From: Eledone cirrhosa
Taxonomy: Eukaryota
NCBI GenBank assembly: GCA_964016885.1
Contig: OZ024742.1
Span: 203,484,001-203,548,000, forward strand
Length of the DNA stretch: 64,000 nt
Direction: 5' to 3'
Positions within the stretch are counted from its first letter, which is position 1, and each line of letters begins with the position of its first letter. Position numbers and translations under genes: made by a program. The notes below the pieces were generated by a model that had not been told where the DNA came from, made no database searches, and was given only the letters and a program-made list of their open reading frames with translations. Positions 38,886 through 52,395 of the stretch are shown in pieces.

Positions 38886-39521
38886 ACATTTATACGTGAG
38901 GAGTGCTCGCGTTTGTGTTAATATTTGTGTTTGTATTTATGTCCAATAATTTAGGTTTCCAAAAATGAGATCGACAAAATACGTACGAGGATTGCAAAAA
39001 CAAGTAATGCAGATGATATGGGACAAAAGATTACCTTTAAGGCGATGCCTGAGAAGGGCCGCGGGCTAATGCTTGAATTCAGTCAAAGAATAACAGAATC
39101 CTATATATGTATTTACGATACACACATATATACACACACACAAACAGTCTTGCAGACAGAAGAGAGTCTACTACGCAGGCAGAGACTTTGCAAAGAGACA
39201 AGAACAGGACACAGAAAGAGGTGGGGAAGGAAGGGGGGAGAAACAGAGAAATGATTGAGTGGGTTGGAGTAAATGGAGGGGTGAGAGATGTGAATAGAAA
39301 GAGAGACAAAAGAGGGAAAGGTGAAGGAGCAGAGGTTAGAGTGATGAGGTCTGGTAGGAAAAACATTCGACAAAAGTTATTATTACATCCTGATCGATTC
39401 GATTTGTCCCAACATAATCGATATTTGATCACTTGTGTGCATTTTAATCGTCTTGTTTAGCCGAAAGACATCTTTAAAGTATCTCTCCAAAACGACAATG
39501 ACAGACTTGAATGTAATGGAA

Positions 39522-39579
<58 letters not shown>

Positions 39580-39962
39580 GAGTGAGTGTGTATGTGTGTG
39601 TCTGTGTGTGTGTGAATTAAGTGCAAATACAAGTCCAATGTACTACTATATATATAAATATATACACACACATACACATATACACACATATACATATACA
39701 CATATACATATATACACACCCACAGACCTATATATGTCTATTTCTCTCTGTGAGACAATGTTTTCTCAGTTGTAAAGGCTATTTCTCTCTCTCTATCACT
39801 CATTTCTCCTCCTCTCTCATCCTTCCTTCTTATACTCCTCCCCCGTCATCCTTTATTTTCTTTCTTCCTCTTCCTTACCTTTTCCTACCCCCCCTCCTTT
39901 TTTTCCTTGATTTAAAACTTCACTGCTCACAAGCGTTTTTTAAGCTTCATATCATGTCTCCC

Positions 39963-40027
39963 TATTTTATCTGATGAGAACGCAAATATCATCCCATATT
40001 TGTTTTTGAAATGCGCATAATAAAATA
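39963..40027 (+). ncRNA. Type I hammerhead ribozyme
   Basis: TATTTTAT-CTGATGA-GAACGCAAATAT(CATCCC)ATATTTGTTTTT-GAAATGCGCATA-ATAAAATA. Confidence 0.75.
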
Positions 40028-40080
40028 CTTGGAACTCTTTTAACCATCTTTTGATCTTATATTATATATGTCTATGTATA

Positions 40081-40158
<78 letters not shown>

Positions 40159-40172
40159 CGTATATATATATG

Positions 40173-40203
<31 letters not shown>

Positions 40204-40210
40204 ACACACA

Positions 40211-40255
<45 letters not shown>

Positions 40256-40324
40256 ATATATATATATATGTATGTATATATAAACATATATATATATGTA
40301 TATATATATGTATATATACATATA

Positions 40325-40630
40325 AACGACATCCCACCTTGTCTAAAATCTATGGCAAACTCCCTCGAGCCTCTGCCCTTCTAAAATCCCGGAGAGCTCA
40401 ATTTGCTGGCCACTGTCACCGTGCCAGCAATGAAATCATATCAGCTCTCTTGCTCTGGAACCCTGACTCCAGCCTGACTAGGAGTAGGAAGCTGTCATTC
40501 CCTGATGTTATCTCTAGGGATACGGGAATCAGTAGACAGGACCTGGGGGCAGCGATGGGGGACAGGGAATTCTGGGGCATGAGAGTGAGATCCATCATCT
40601 CGACAGTAGTCGACGAATGATGATGATGAT
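40325..40630 (+). mobile_element. RTE-like LINE 3' end with (TGA)n tail
   Basis: [47 protein letters not shown], then GATGATGAT. Confidence 0.7.
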
Positions 40631-40645
40631 ATATACACACACACG

Positions 40646-40777
<132 letters not shown>

Positions 40778-41171
40778 AATTCTGTTTACCAACCTTAACC
40801 ACTCCGCTTCTGTTGTTGGTTTTCAAATCCTTTAGGGATTAAGACAGGCCAATGTGAACAGAAGTAGAGAGTAGGAGAGAGTGGGGGAGGGAGGAAGGAA
40901 TTCCCATCAGAGAACCTCAGCCAGATACTTCTGTAGGCTTCCTACAAAGAATGAGATTTGACGATAGAAAGAGAACCAAGAAAAAACAGAAGAGAATGGA
41001 ACGAAGCAAAAGGTAGGGCAGTGAGATGGCGGTAGAGGCTACGAGAGGTTTGGAGTGTGTGTGAAAGAAAGAGGATAACAAGAACAACAACAATGGAGAT
41101 GGCGAAAAGAACACGAGCAACTACAACACTCAAAGCTATGACACATACTGCAATAACGACAATGAGGAAGG

Positions 41172-42290
<1,119 letters not shown>

Positions 42291-42759
42291 TAGTAACTCG
42301 GCTTTATTCGTTTGATTTCAAAATACCAGTTTCCTCGCAATCGATCTCCATCACTTTCGACGATGAGTGTTTCAGTTGTTGAATTAATGGAAAACATTGC
42401 GCATAAAATGAACGTGAAAGTGGCTGAGCATTCCATAGACACGTGTACACTTAACGGGATTTTCATGGAGATTCAAAATGAACACTTTGAATTACAGTCA
42501 TAGTCAATCTGACGAACCTCCAAACTCTTTCCGTCAATCGAATTTCACTGACAAGTCATAGGTTGATCCGAGTCTATGGTAAATTACATTTATCCCAAAA
42601 ATGTCACGCAGTTGAATCAAACTCTAAACATAACGATTGCGAAGGGAACTTCTTAAACATTCGGCCATGCAGCATTCACACAGTTTCCTTAATAGACTGA
42701 TAATTGACACTAGATTAAGAATTCAACTGTGTTTTACTAGAGGATATGTAAGACAGCAA

Positions 42760-43270
42760 ACAAAAGACGTTAAGATATAAAAGTTGATGAAAAACTTCCC
42801 ATGTAAATAAGACGTTACATTTCAGTAAAACGTGACATATAAACGAGATTTCAAACGTTATTCTTCAGAATATAAAAAAAAATCGAAGGTGATGTCATAT
42901 GTCAATAAGACATTATGGGAGACATCAAATGCTATACGACGTTAAAACGTAAGACGCTAAGTAATACATCGAAAGGTAAAAGTTAACGTAAAACGTCAAA
43001 ATGTAGATGGCGTAAAACGTCATATTTCAATAAAACTTTAAAATGTAAGAGGTGATAAAATAAAATGTTAAATCTTAGTAAGACGTCAGAATAAAAGAAT
43101 TGGTATAAAACGTCATATAAAAGTATTGATATCAGAACGTAAGACGTGAAGAAAAACGTCATATGTTAGTGATGTAAAATGCGAGAAAGACGTCAAAATA
43201 TAAGAAATTAAAGAAGATGTGAATTATTTGTGAAACAGCAATTGATAGAAAGACGTTGAAATATAAAACA
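42760..43270. repeat. Degenerate AT-rich minisatellite (AAGACGTCAAAATGT-like units)
   Basis: Recurrent AAGACGT/AAACGTCA motifs at ~15-20 bp spacing. Confidence 0.5.
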
Positions 43271-43417
43271 TGTGCATTAAAAAATTGTTAAATACAAAAT
43301 GTCAACCTCGGTTGGATGTGAACCGAAACGACAAAGCTAGTAACTAAACACCTCAAGCCATGTCGTCCAGCCATCTACGGATTCTATCAATTCATTGGCA
43401 TTATTGATAGATGCTAG

Positions 43418-43873
43418 GGCGGTGGATTGGTAGTATCGGTAGAGGGTCGGACGCCATGCTTTGCAGCATAGAATTGCAGCCCTTTATGGTCTGAGTTCAA
43501 ATCCCGCCGAGGTTAACTTTGCCTTTCATCCTTACGTGGTCGATAAAATAAAGCACCAGCAACGTACTGGTATCGATTTTATCGACTTCCCCTCCCCCAA
43601 AATTGCTGGCCTTGTGCCTACATAAGAAATGATTATTGATAGATGCGAGGGCGGTGGATTGGCAGAATCGGTAGAGCGTCGGTCACTATACTTTGCAGCA
43701 TAGAGTTACGGCCCTTTACGGCATGAGTTCAAATCCCGCCGAGGTTAACTTTGCCTTTCATCCTTACGGGGTCGATAAAATAAAGTACCAGTAATGTACT
43801 GGAGTCGATTTAATCGATTTGTCCCTCCCCCCGCCAAAATTGTTAGCCTTGTGTCTAAATCAAAAACCATTAT
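43418..43873 (+). mobile_element. Two tandem SINE family 1 copies (long variant)
   Basis: Copies at 43418-43636 and 43649-43873, each with an extra TCGATTT..CCCTCCCCC segment. ATTATTG(A/G)TAGATGC occurs before, between and after them. Confidence 0.8.
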
Positions 43874-44605
43874 TGGTAGATGCTGCAACAAAGCTGTTGT
43901 TGTTATTGTTATACTCCCTCACATAATTACACCCTTAGCGTAATTCTCAGGGAGATTCAGCGCAACACGGTGTGTTACAAGACTGGTCATTTGTATTACA
44001 TGAACAATCAATCTTGTATTATAGACTAAACGGCTGAGCATTCCTTAGACATGTACCCATAAGATAATTCTTAGGAAGATTCGGGGTGACACAGTACATG
44101 ACAAGGATGACCCTGAATTTCAAGTACAACTAATTTTTGCCAGCTGAGTGGACTGGAGCAACGTGAGCAAATTTGTTAGACTCAAGAACAGGACGCGCCG
44201 CCAGAGAGGAGCTCACGGCCTTACGGTCTTGAGCCGATCAAATTTAATAGACTCTTATTTATTACACAAAGATCCTAAACTTAATTCCCAGGGAAATTAA
44301 TCATGGCACAGTATATGATGACGATTACAGGTACAATACTTTTGTCAGCTGAGTGAACTGGAGTAACGAAAATCGAACAAAGGGTGTTCCATTCGTAAAT
44401 CAAACACATTAACCACTAAGCCACCCGTCTTCATATGATTATCAGGTCACAGGCATTGTTCCCATAATTCCTGATGAGTGGTAGGGGTGCCATCAGGACA
44501 TACGGTGTGCCATGGGAGTTTTAAACCTGGTGACGCCCATCCCTCTCCAGAGAAAAACATAAAAAGTGAGAGAGAACGAAATGGAAAAGTGAGAAAGGTA
44601 TAGAT

Positions 44606-44892
44606 CAGTCATGGGCAACCTGTGGTCCGCGAAGCTTTTTAAATGACTCGCCTAAGTTATCTAAGTGAAATCTTTCTGATTTTTTGACCCCAACTTTTCA
44701 GTCGTAATTTATCTTTCTATCATTTTTCGATCGAGGAAAACAACGTGTATGAATTCTGAAGAAACAAATCAAAACAACCTGAGTTACCGCCCTTTTTTTA
44801 TGTGAGCACGAATGTAAATTAGCGCTTGCGGCTCGCCGGAAGATGAGCCATATCTCAAGTGGTCCACTTCTTGAAAACCGTTGCCATGCTTG
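44606..44892. mobile_element. hAT-type MITE
   Basis: TIRs CAGTCATGGGCAAC / GTTGCCATGCTTG; 8-bp TSD GTATAGAT (44598-44605) / GTATAGAC (44893-44900). Confidence 0.7.
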
Positions 44893-45236
44893 GTATAGAC
44901 GAAGAATTGACCCAGTATTAGACCTGTATTTTATAGACTCTGAAAGGATGAAAGGAAGTTAGTTGGACTCGATGGAAGTTGAACTCAGAACATAGAGAAA
45001 CGGAACGAATAGTGTTAAGTCAACACCCTAATGATTTTGTCAATTTGCTGTCTTGATTATTGATTATATTGATTATCGGTACAATAGTATACATCTGTCC
45101 CATGTGGTTGTGTGACATCTTTACTATCTTTCCACTTTGAGTTTTGTATTAGTTGGTTTTTGTCAGGAAACTCTCAACGCAACGGATTGGGTCAAAGTTC
45201 TTTTAAATATGGACTCATCATGGAAGGGGAGGATAT

Positions 45237-45279
<43 letters not shown>

Positions 45280-45479
45280 GAGAGAGAGAGAGAGAGGGGG
45301 GGGATAGGGCGAGAGACATGTATGCATATATAAATACATAAATATCTATTTATATATTATATGGATTTATAAATATTTATATATGCATTTATTTCTGCGT
45401 GTAAATATACACATATGTGAGTGTATGTGTGGCTTTGTGAAGATTTACACACACACACACACATCAAGGGGTAGTTGTG

Positions 45480-45524
<45 letters not shown>

Positions 45525-46272
45525 AACGAGTGTTTTTCTTATCAATAGCTTTAGCGCCTTATTGAACCAAGATGGAGTGTTTGGTTGATCTATGGTTGAA
45601 GTAATAGAAGTAGGTCAGGGTGGTGGAGGTAGGTTGTTGTAGAAGAAGAAGAAGAAGAAGAAGAAGAAGAAGAAGAAGAAGAAGAAGAAGAAGAAGAAGA
45701 AGAAGAAGAATGGAAAGAAAGAGGAGGAAAGAAGTAAACCAGAATGAAAGAACGAAATAAAGAAAAGACAGGGAAGAAATGAGAGAAAGGAAGAAAGAAA
45801 GAAAAAAGAAAGAAAGACAAGGAAAGAATGTTCGATGTTGCATTGTTTTGGCTGTCGGCCATTGGCAGCCGATAAAACAGTGAAATGATTCCATTTCACA
45901 GCTACAACAATAATCTCAATTGATTTACTACTTCAAGACTGGCCAACTTTGGACTGATGCCTGTCTCTGTGGTGGTGGGCATGGTAGTAGTAGTGGTGGT
46001 GGTGGTGGTGGTAGTGATCGTTAGCATAGTGGCGGTGGGGATATTGGTAGTAGTGGTGTGTTGGTGGAGGTGGTGGTGATGATGGTAGTGGTGTTAATGG
46101 TGTTTGTGATGGTGATATTAGTAGTGGTGATGGTGGTAGTGCTGTTAATGGAGTTTGTGATGGTGATGGTGATGGTATAGGTTGTGATGGTGGAGTGGTG
46201 ATGGTGGAATAGGTTGTGATGGTGGTAGTGGTTTCAATGGTGTTTGTGATGGTAGTAGTGGTAGTGATGTTG

Positions 46273-46344
<72 letters not shown>

Positions 46345-46586
46345 ATAGTAGTAGTGATAGTACTGGCGGAGAGGTCGTCGTTGTTAGGGTGGTGGTATTA
46401 TTAGAGTCGATAAAGATGGTGGTGGGGTTCAGATTGTAGAATCAGAGGTGGCGGTGGTGGAGTATGGTGATGGTATAATGGTGGTGTGAAATATAGCAGT
46501 GAAGTTGTTGAAGAGAGAAGGAGATAGAAGGGCAGTACAGGAGGAAAATGAAGAAAGAAAAAGATAGTGGTGAAGTACATGATGGG

Positions 46587-46671
<85 letters not shown>

Positions 46672-46915
46672 AATCCATATATTTACATATGTATGTATAT
46701 ATATACATATGCATGTATATATATATATATACATACATATGAATATATATATTTATATATATATGAATACATACGAATGTATAATTATTTACATCCACAT
46801 TGGTGTATGTGTGTCTCTTTAGATATTGAATCTGTGATATTTAACTCATAATATCCTTTGTTGCATATTGATAGAGAAACTTTAAATGGCAAAAATGACA
46901 CTAGTAATATGTAAC

Positions 46916-46987
<72 letters not shown>

Positions 46988-47006
46988 GTTATATATTACT
47001 AGTGTC

Positions 47007-47057
<51 letters not shown>

Positions 47058-47206
47058 AATGGAGTAATTCCGTCGGAAAAGTCCAGGAAAAAAGAGTGCT
47101 CTATGTAGGTAACAAAGCTTAATAGTTATGTAATAAACAACATAAGACAATTATTTCATTTACCAGTGGTTTTTAAAATCCAACGTCAATAAATACACCA
47201 GGATTT

Positions 47207-47267
47207 TTTCATTCTGATGATTGAAAGCAAATTTTTTTTGCTTTTAAGAAACCACTGGTAAATGAAA
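47207..47267 (+). ncRNA. Type I hammerhead ribozyme with upstream inverted segment
   Basis: TTTCATT-CTGATGA-TTGAAAGCAAA(T5)TTTGCTTTTAA-GAAACCACTGGTA-AATGAAA; its 3' part is inverted at 47148-47178. Confidence 0.8.
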
Positions 47268-47429
47268 TAATTGCCTATTACATAACTATCTATATATATA
47301 TATATGAAAAATGGCGTGCTGCTTTATTGCAAATATGAACATATGAATAAAAATAGACCGAGAAACAGGAATGTCCATCATCAGTAACCTGGTGTTATCA
47401 TTGGCATTTCTTCGCATTAAAGACTAGAT

Positions 47430-49060
47430 ATATATATAAGTATGTATACGTACATACATATATGTATACAGACGTACAGTAGTATGTATATATATATATA
47501 TTAATACATGCACACATATATATATGTACGTATGGATTCACCGAACATTTATTGTAATGCTCGGTGTGTTTGTAAACAAACATCCCGAATTAAGCCGTAC
47601 AGTGTCTAGCAACCATCGTTGCTCATTTGTTCAACACTGACAAAGGAACGATGTACTAGTTTCAAGCTTATTAACTATGGTCAGCAACGTATACATTCCT
47701 GCCAGATGATTGAACGTCTGAAAGTATATACTTTCCTTATGCATATTAACGGCTGACAGTTTTTCCGTTTATCATTTTCGGTACCCCGGCCGATTAACTC
47801 ACTCGATATGCAAATTAGGCTGCTCAGCCGTTAATATGCATAAGGAAAGTATATACTTTCAGACGTTCAATCATCTGGCAGGAAGGTATACGTTGCTGAC
47901 GATAGCTAATAAACTTGAAACTAGTACAGCGTTCCTTTGTCAGTGTTGAACAAATGAGCAACGATCGTTGCTAGACACTGTACGGCTTAATTCGGGATGT
48001 TTGTTTACAAACACACCGAGCATTATAATAAATGTTCGGTGAATCCATACGTACATATATATGTGTGCATGTATGTATATATATATACATACTACTGTAC
48101 GTCTGTATACATATATGTATGTACGTATACATACTTATATTTAAGTAACAGCCGTACTAAGAGTGAGAAATTAAATTTCGTTTCATTTTTCCGTTTATTG
48201 TTTTCGGTGCGCCCGGCCGATTAACTCACTCGATATGCAAATTAGGCTGCTCAGCCGTTAATATGCATAAGGAAAGTATTTACTTTCAGCCGTTCAATCA
48301 TCTGACAGGAAGGTATACGTTGCTGACGATAGCTAAATAAGCTTGAAACTAGTACAGCGTTCCTTTGTCAGTGTTGAACAAATGAGCAACGATCGTTGCT
48401 AGACACTGTACGGCTTAACTCGGGATGTTTGTTTACAAACACACTGAGCATTATAATAAATGTTTGGTGAATCCATACGTACATATATATATGTGTGCAT
48501 GTATGTATATATATATACATACTACTGTACGTCTGTATACATATATGTATGTACGTATACATACTTATATTTAAGTAACAGCCGTACTAAGAGTGAGAAA
48601 TTAAATTTCGTTTCATTTTTCCGTTTATCGTTTTCGGTGCGCCCGGCCGATTAACTCACTCGATATGCAAATTAGGCTGCTCAGCCGTTAATATGCATAA
48701 GGAAAGTATTTACTTTCAGCCGTTCAATCATCTGACAGGAAGGTATACGTTGCTGACGATAGCTAAATAAGCTTGAAACTAGTACAGCGTTCCTTTGTCA
48801 GTGTTGAACAAATGAGCAACGATCGTTGCTAGACACTGTACGGCTTAATTCGGGATGTTTGTTTACAAACACACTGAGCATTATAATAAATGTTTGGTGA
48901 ATCCATACGTACATATATATATGTGTGCATGTATGTATATATATATATACATACTACTGTACGTCTGTATACATATATGTATGTACGTATACATACTTAT
49001 ATTTAAGTAACAGCCGTACTAAGAGTGAGAAATGAAATTGCGTTTCATTTTTCCGTTTAT
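47430..49060 (+). mobile_element. Hammerhead-containing ~430-bp tandem element (retrozyme / non-autonomous PLE): 3 direct units plus an inverted partial unit
   Basis: Units start at 47761, 48187 and 48617 (next start 49049, then (TA)n); inverted partial copy at 47430-47757. Each unit has ACGTTG-CTGACGA-TAGCT..AGCTT-GAAACTAGTA-CAGCGT. Confidence 0.8.
48317..48360 (+). ncRNA. Type I hammerhead ribozyme (also 47890-47932, 48747-48790; mutated inverted copy at 47648-47690)
   Basis: Stem I ACGTTG/CAGCGT, core CTGACGA, stem II AGCT/AGCT, palindromic stem III ACTAGT, GUA cleavage triplet. Confidence 0.8.
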
Positions 49061-49072
49061 ATATATATATAT

Positions 49073-49260
49073 AATTGTTTCTATTTTTAGGCATAAGGCC
49101 AGCAATTACCTAGTACATTACTGGTACTTTATTTTATCGACCCCGTAAGGATGAAAGGCAAAGTTAACCTCGCCGGGATTTGAAGTCAGACCATAAAGGG
49201 ACGTAACTCTTTGCTTCAAAGCATGGTGTCCAACTCTCTACCGATACTGCCAATCCATCG
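49073..49260 (-). mobile_element. tRNA-derived SINE (family 1)
   Basis: Reverse complement of the family sequence. Partial minus-strand copies also at 16245-16288 and 23600-23688. Confidence 0.85.
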
Positions 49261-49270
49261 TTATACATAT

Positions 49271-49320
<50 letters not shown>

Positions 49321-49325
<5 letters not shown>

Positions 49326-49377
49326 ATTCCTGATGATTTCTAATGAATGAAACAGTTCTCGTCCTGTAGAATCTCAT
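49321..49377 (+). ncRNA. Type I hammerhead ribozyme in a ~70-bp island between (TA)n tracts
   Basis: GATTC-CTGATGA-TTTC(TAAT)GAAT-GAAACAG(TTCTCGTC)CTGTA-GAATC. Confidence 0.65.
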
Positions 49378-49389
49378 CTATATTAAAAC

Positions 49390-49510
<121 letters not shown>

Positions 49511-49522
49511 CAATACAATATA

Positions 49523-49600
49523 ATTACCTCATTACCAGAGGTTTCCCGAATGAGGCGAATACGAAATAAACGACTTCATTCGTTCGTCAGACGAGGCAAT
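49523..49600 (-). ncRNA. Type I hammerhead ribozyme at the presumed 3' end of the Naiad-type PLE
   Basis: Minus strand ATTGCCTCGT-CTGACGA-ACGAATGA..TCATTCGG-GAAACC(TCT)GGTA-ATGAGGTAAT; 10-bp stem I. Confidence 0.75.
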
Positions 49601-50778
49601 ATAAAACATGGGCAAATACTTAGGAAAACACATCAAGAAAATCAAAAAAAGATATAGATAAATGAAATAGAAATTGAAATATATAAAAATCTATCAAGAA
49701 ATATAGTTAGGTGTGTGTATATGTATGTATATACGCTCACAGATGTGCATATATGTATATGTACATGTACATGTATAGTGAGAAAGTGTGCGTAATTCTA
49801 AAATAGGGCAAATGTATCTATATGTCTGTATTATACAAACAGAAATGGTTACATCGTAAATATACGAATACGAAGGCGCGCGTATAAAACGCCTGGACAC
49901 TCGTACGCTTAGGTGCGGAAAGAAAGAAGGTAAGGGAGTGTAATAATTAAGAGAAAAGGGTCAGTCTCGATATATTTATAAAAATATAATAACGATAAAT
50001 TAGAAAGAAAAAATTAAAGAAAACAAAAAAAGGGGGGTATATACATACACAGACACGCGTGTCTCACAAAAGAAATGTAAAAATAATTATGCTTATATAA
50101 ACACGCGCACTTACACTTCCATACGTTCGATACGTACATACACACACACACACACACATACCTATACTCACGCATATAAACCTGTTTACATGCCCACGTA
50201 TGAAACTGAGTAAGTAAAAAAAAGGAAGAGGGGGGGGGGAGAAGAAAAAAGGAACAAAACATAAAACCGAGATGTCAAAAACACGGATATAAAGACACGT
50301 ACACATACGCATAATATATACATACACACACACACAAACACCTGTACACACACACACATATACACATACACACACACATATACATACACACACATACACA
50401 CACGCACGCGCGCGCACATACGTAGTCACTCATTTACATATATAAAAAAAAGTATACACACATTAAGGCGTTCAGCCATATTGAAATGTGGATAAATAAG
50501 TACAAATATAAAATTGTAAGATAGGCTGCGCAAAAATAAAATAAAAATGAAAATATCTGGATTGAAAAACACAAAAGACAAGTGTAATCAGTTAGTGGAG
50601 GAAAAAGGGAAGTAAAAGAACGGGAAGTAAAAAATAGAAAATAGGAAGTGGATCGGAGAATAAAGGGGGGGGGGAATGTGAAGTAAAAATAAATAAAAGT
50701 GAAAATAAATGAAATTATTGACAAGGATAAAAATGAAAGTAAGTCAGAAAGGGTAATTAAAAAGAGAATAATAAGAGT

Positions 50779-52395
50779 TTATGGAGGATAAGTATCTGAA
50801 AGTGTGTTAAGTTTATATGAGCTGGAAAGCAGGTGTGATTTCATGTGTGGGCAACTGGTGAAAATTTCCGTCTTTGTGTTCAGGCAGGTCTTTGGTGATT
50901 TAAGATTTTGCAATATCCAAAATTTTTCATTTATGCAGAGCGTTCATTTTCTTGTTCCTCTAGCATATTTTTTAGATTGGTTCAAAATTGACCAATCTAG
51001 TTTATATTGGATGCCTTGGTCTTTCAAATCCCAAATTCTGCTAGCCAGAGCTGTTGTAAATCTTTTTTCTGGATGTCGAAAGGATGCGACATGTGAGTAA
51101 TAACGCGTTTTGAATCTGTCTTGCGTCATACCCACATATCGTTCACTGGTGGCTGGATGGTTGTTGCTGATGGTTGTCACTTTAGCCGCATATACAATGG
51201 CTTTGGTGTTGCATTTACCTTGTAATGGGCATTCACTTTTGATTCTACAGGAGCAAGTTTGATTTTCTCTAGGTGATATTTTGTTGAGGATATAGGACTT
51301 AATAGGGGGACCGCAGGAATAGCTAATTTTAACACAGTTTCTGTTAAAGATCTTATATTATCTATGTATTCTAGGGAAATGTTTATCTAGGACTTCTAGG
51401 AATTTTTTGCCTACATTAGTTTTAACTGCTAGAGAGTAGAGGGGTGTGAACCAGATTATTTTTCTTTTCCTATTTTTATGTTTAATAGAGTTAGTGTAGT
51501 TAGGTATGTATTTAATCGGTTCGCTAAAGCCGCTATTTTGGAGGGCTTTATTATAGTAGGAGGATGCCTTATTAAAAATAGCTTCTGAGGAAGAGAGGGT
51601 GGAGATCCTACGGCTAATATTAGGGATAAGGTTTTTAAAAACTATAGGTGGATGGCAAGATCCTTTATTTATATATTTTAAGTTTTCATTAGGTTTATGG
51701 TATGGTTTATAAGAAGCAGTAGGCAAATCTAGGTTTATATCTAGGAAATCTACGTTGGAAAGGTTAGTGTCAATAGTAATTTTAAGATTAAAACTAGCGA
51801 AGGTTTTTATTAAGTCTTTCCTTAATCTATCTAAGTTATGGCCTATGGTGGTATGGGAAAGTATTAGACCATCGTCGCGATAAAGCCCAAAAATATGGTT
51901 AGGAAATTTTTCTTTAAGTGTATGTAAGAGGAATAGGCCGACCAGATCACAAACCTCGGCACTGTCATAAGAGCCCATTGAGACATCGAATGGGTTCTCT
52001 GGGTTAGATATTTTTACCCAAGTGTCATTATCATTAAAAAGTAGAGTGTTCCTAGCATGCAAGATGACATCCTCTTCAACATCGGAGATATTAGTGAACC
52101 CTCTAGCGAAATTTAAAGCTTTCACTAAAAGGGTCTGAGTAATAGATGGGTAGAAATCTACGATGTCGAATTGGGTGAATCTAGAACTGATTTTGTTTTT
52201 AATATTATTAAACCAATGTACTACGGAAGAGCTATTTATCCATTGGAGTAATTTAGACTTACTTCTAATGTGTGTATTTAATTTATTTAAAATTTTTTTG
52301 CTGGCAAGACCAATATCAGTCTTAGCAGGGTTGATTAATCTACAACTAGGGCGATTAATAAAGTCGGGTTTATGATCTTTAAGGGTGATATACGT
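50779..52395 (-). pseudogene. Naiad-type PLE RT/GIY-YIG frame (~538 codons) with an in-frame TAA (51358-51360) and an in-frame TGA at a Cys position (50944-50946)
   Basis: Track ORFs 51358-52125 and 50944-51180 are in one frame. Manual translation runs from TYITLKDHK (52395) to ..DTYPP* (50779). Confidence 0.85.

Noticed and set aside
44468-44500. CTGATGA as a hammerhead core
   Set aside because: It forms a simple hairpin with CATCAGGA; no GAAA or stem III in register.
45830-45960. Unique-looking islands as host exons or a miRNA hairpin (also 33240-33500 and 42290-42420)
   Set aside because: No supported ORF, splice pattern or pre-miRNA-length hairpin; they could be regulatory, but this cannot be tested from sequence alone.
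47355-47400. Minus-strand CTGATGA at ~47378-47384
   Set aside because: No downstream GAAA or closing stems; at most a broken fragment.
49600-50778. SECIS element downstream of the Naiad ORF
   Set aside because: No convincing AUGA..AA..GA stem found by eye; needs SECISearch.
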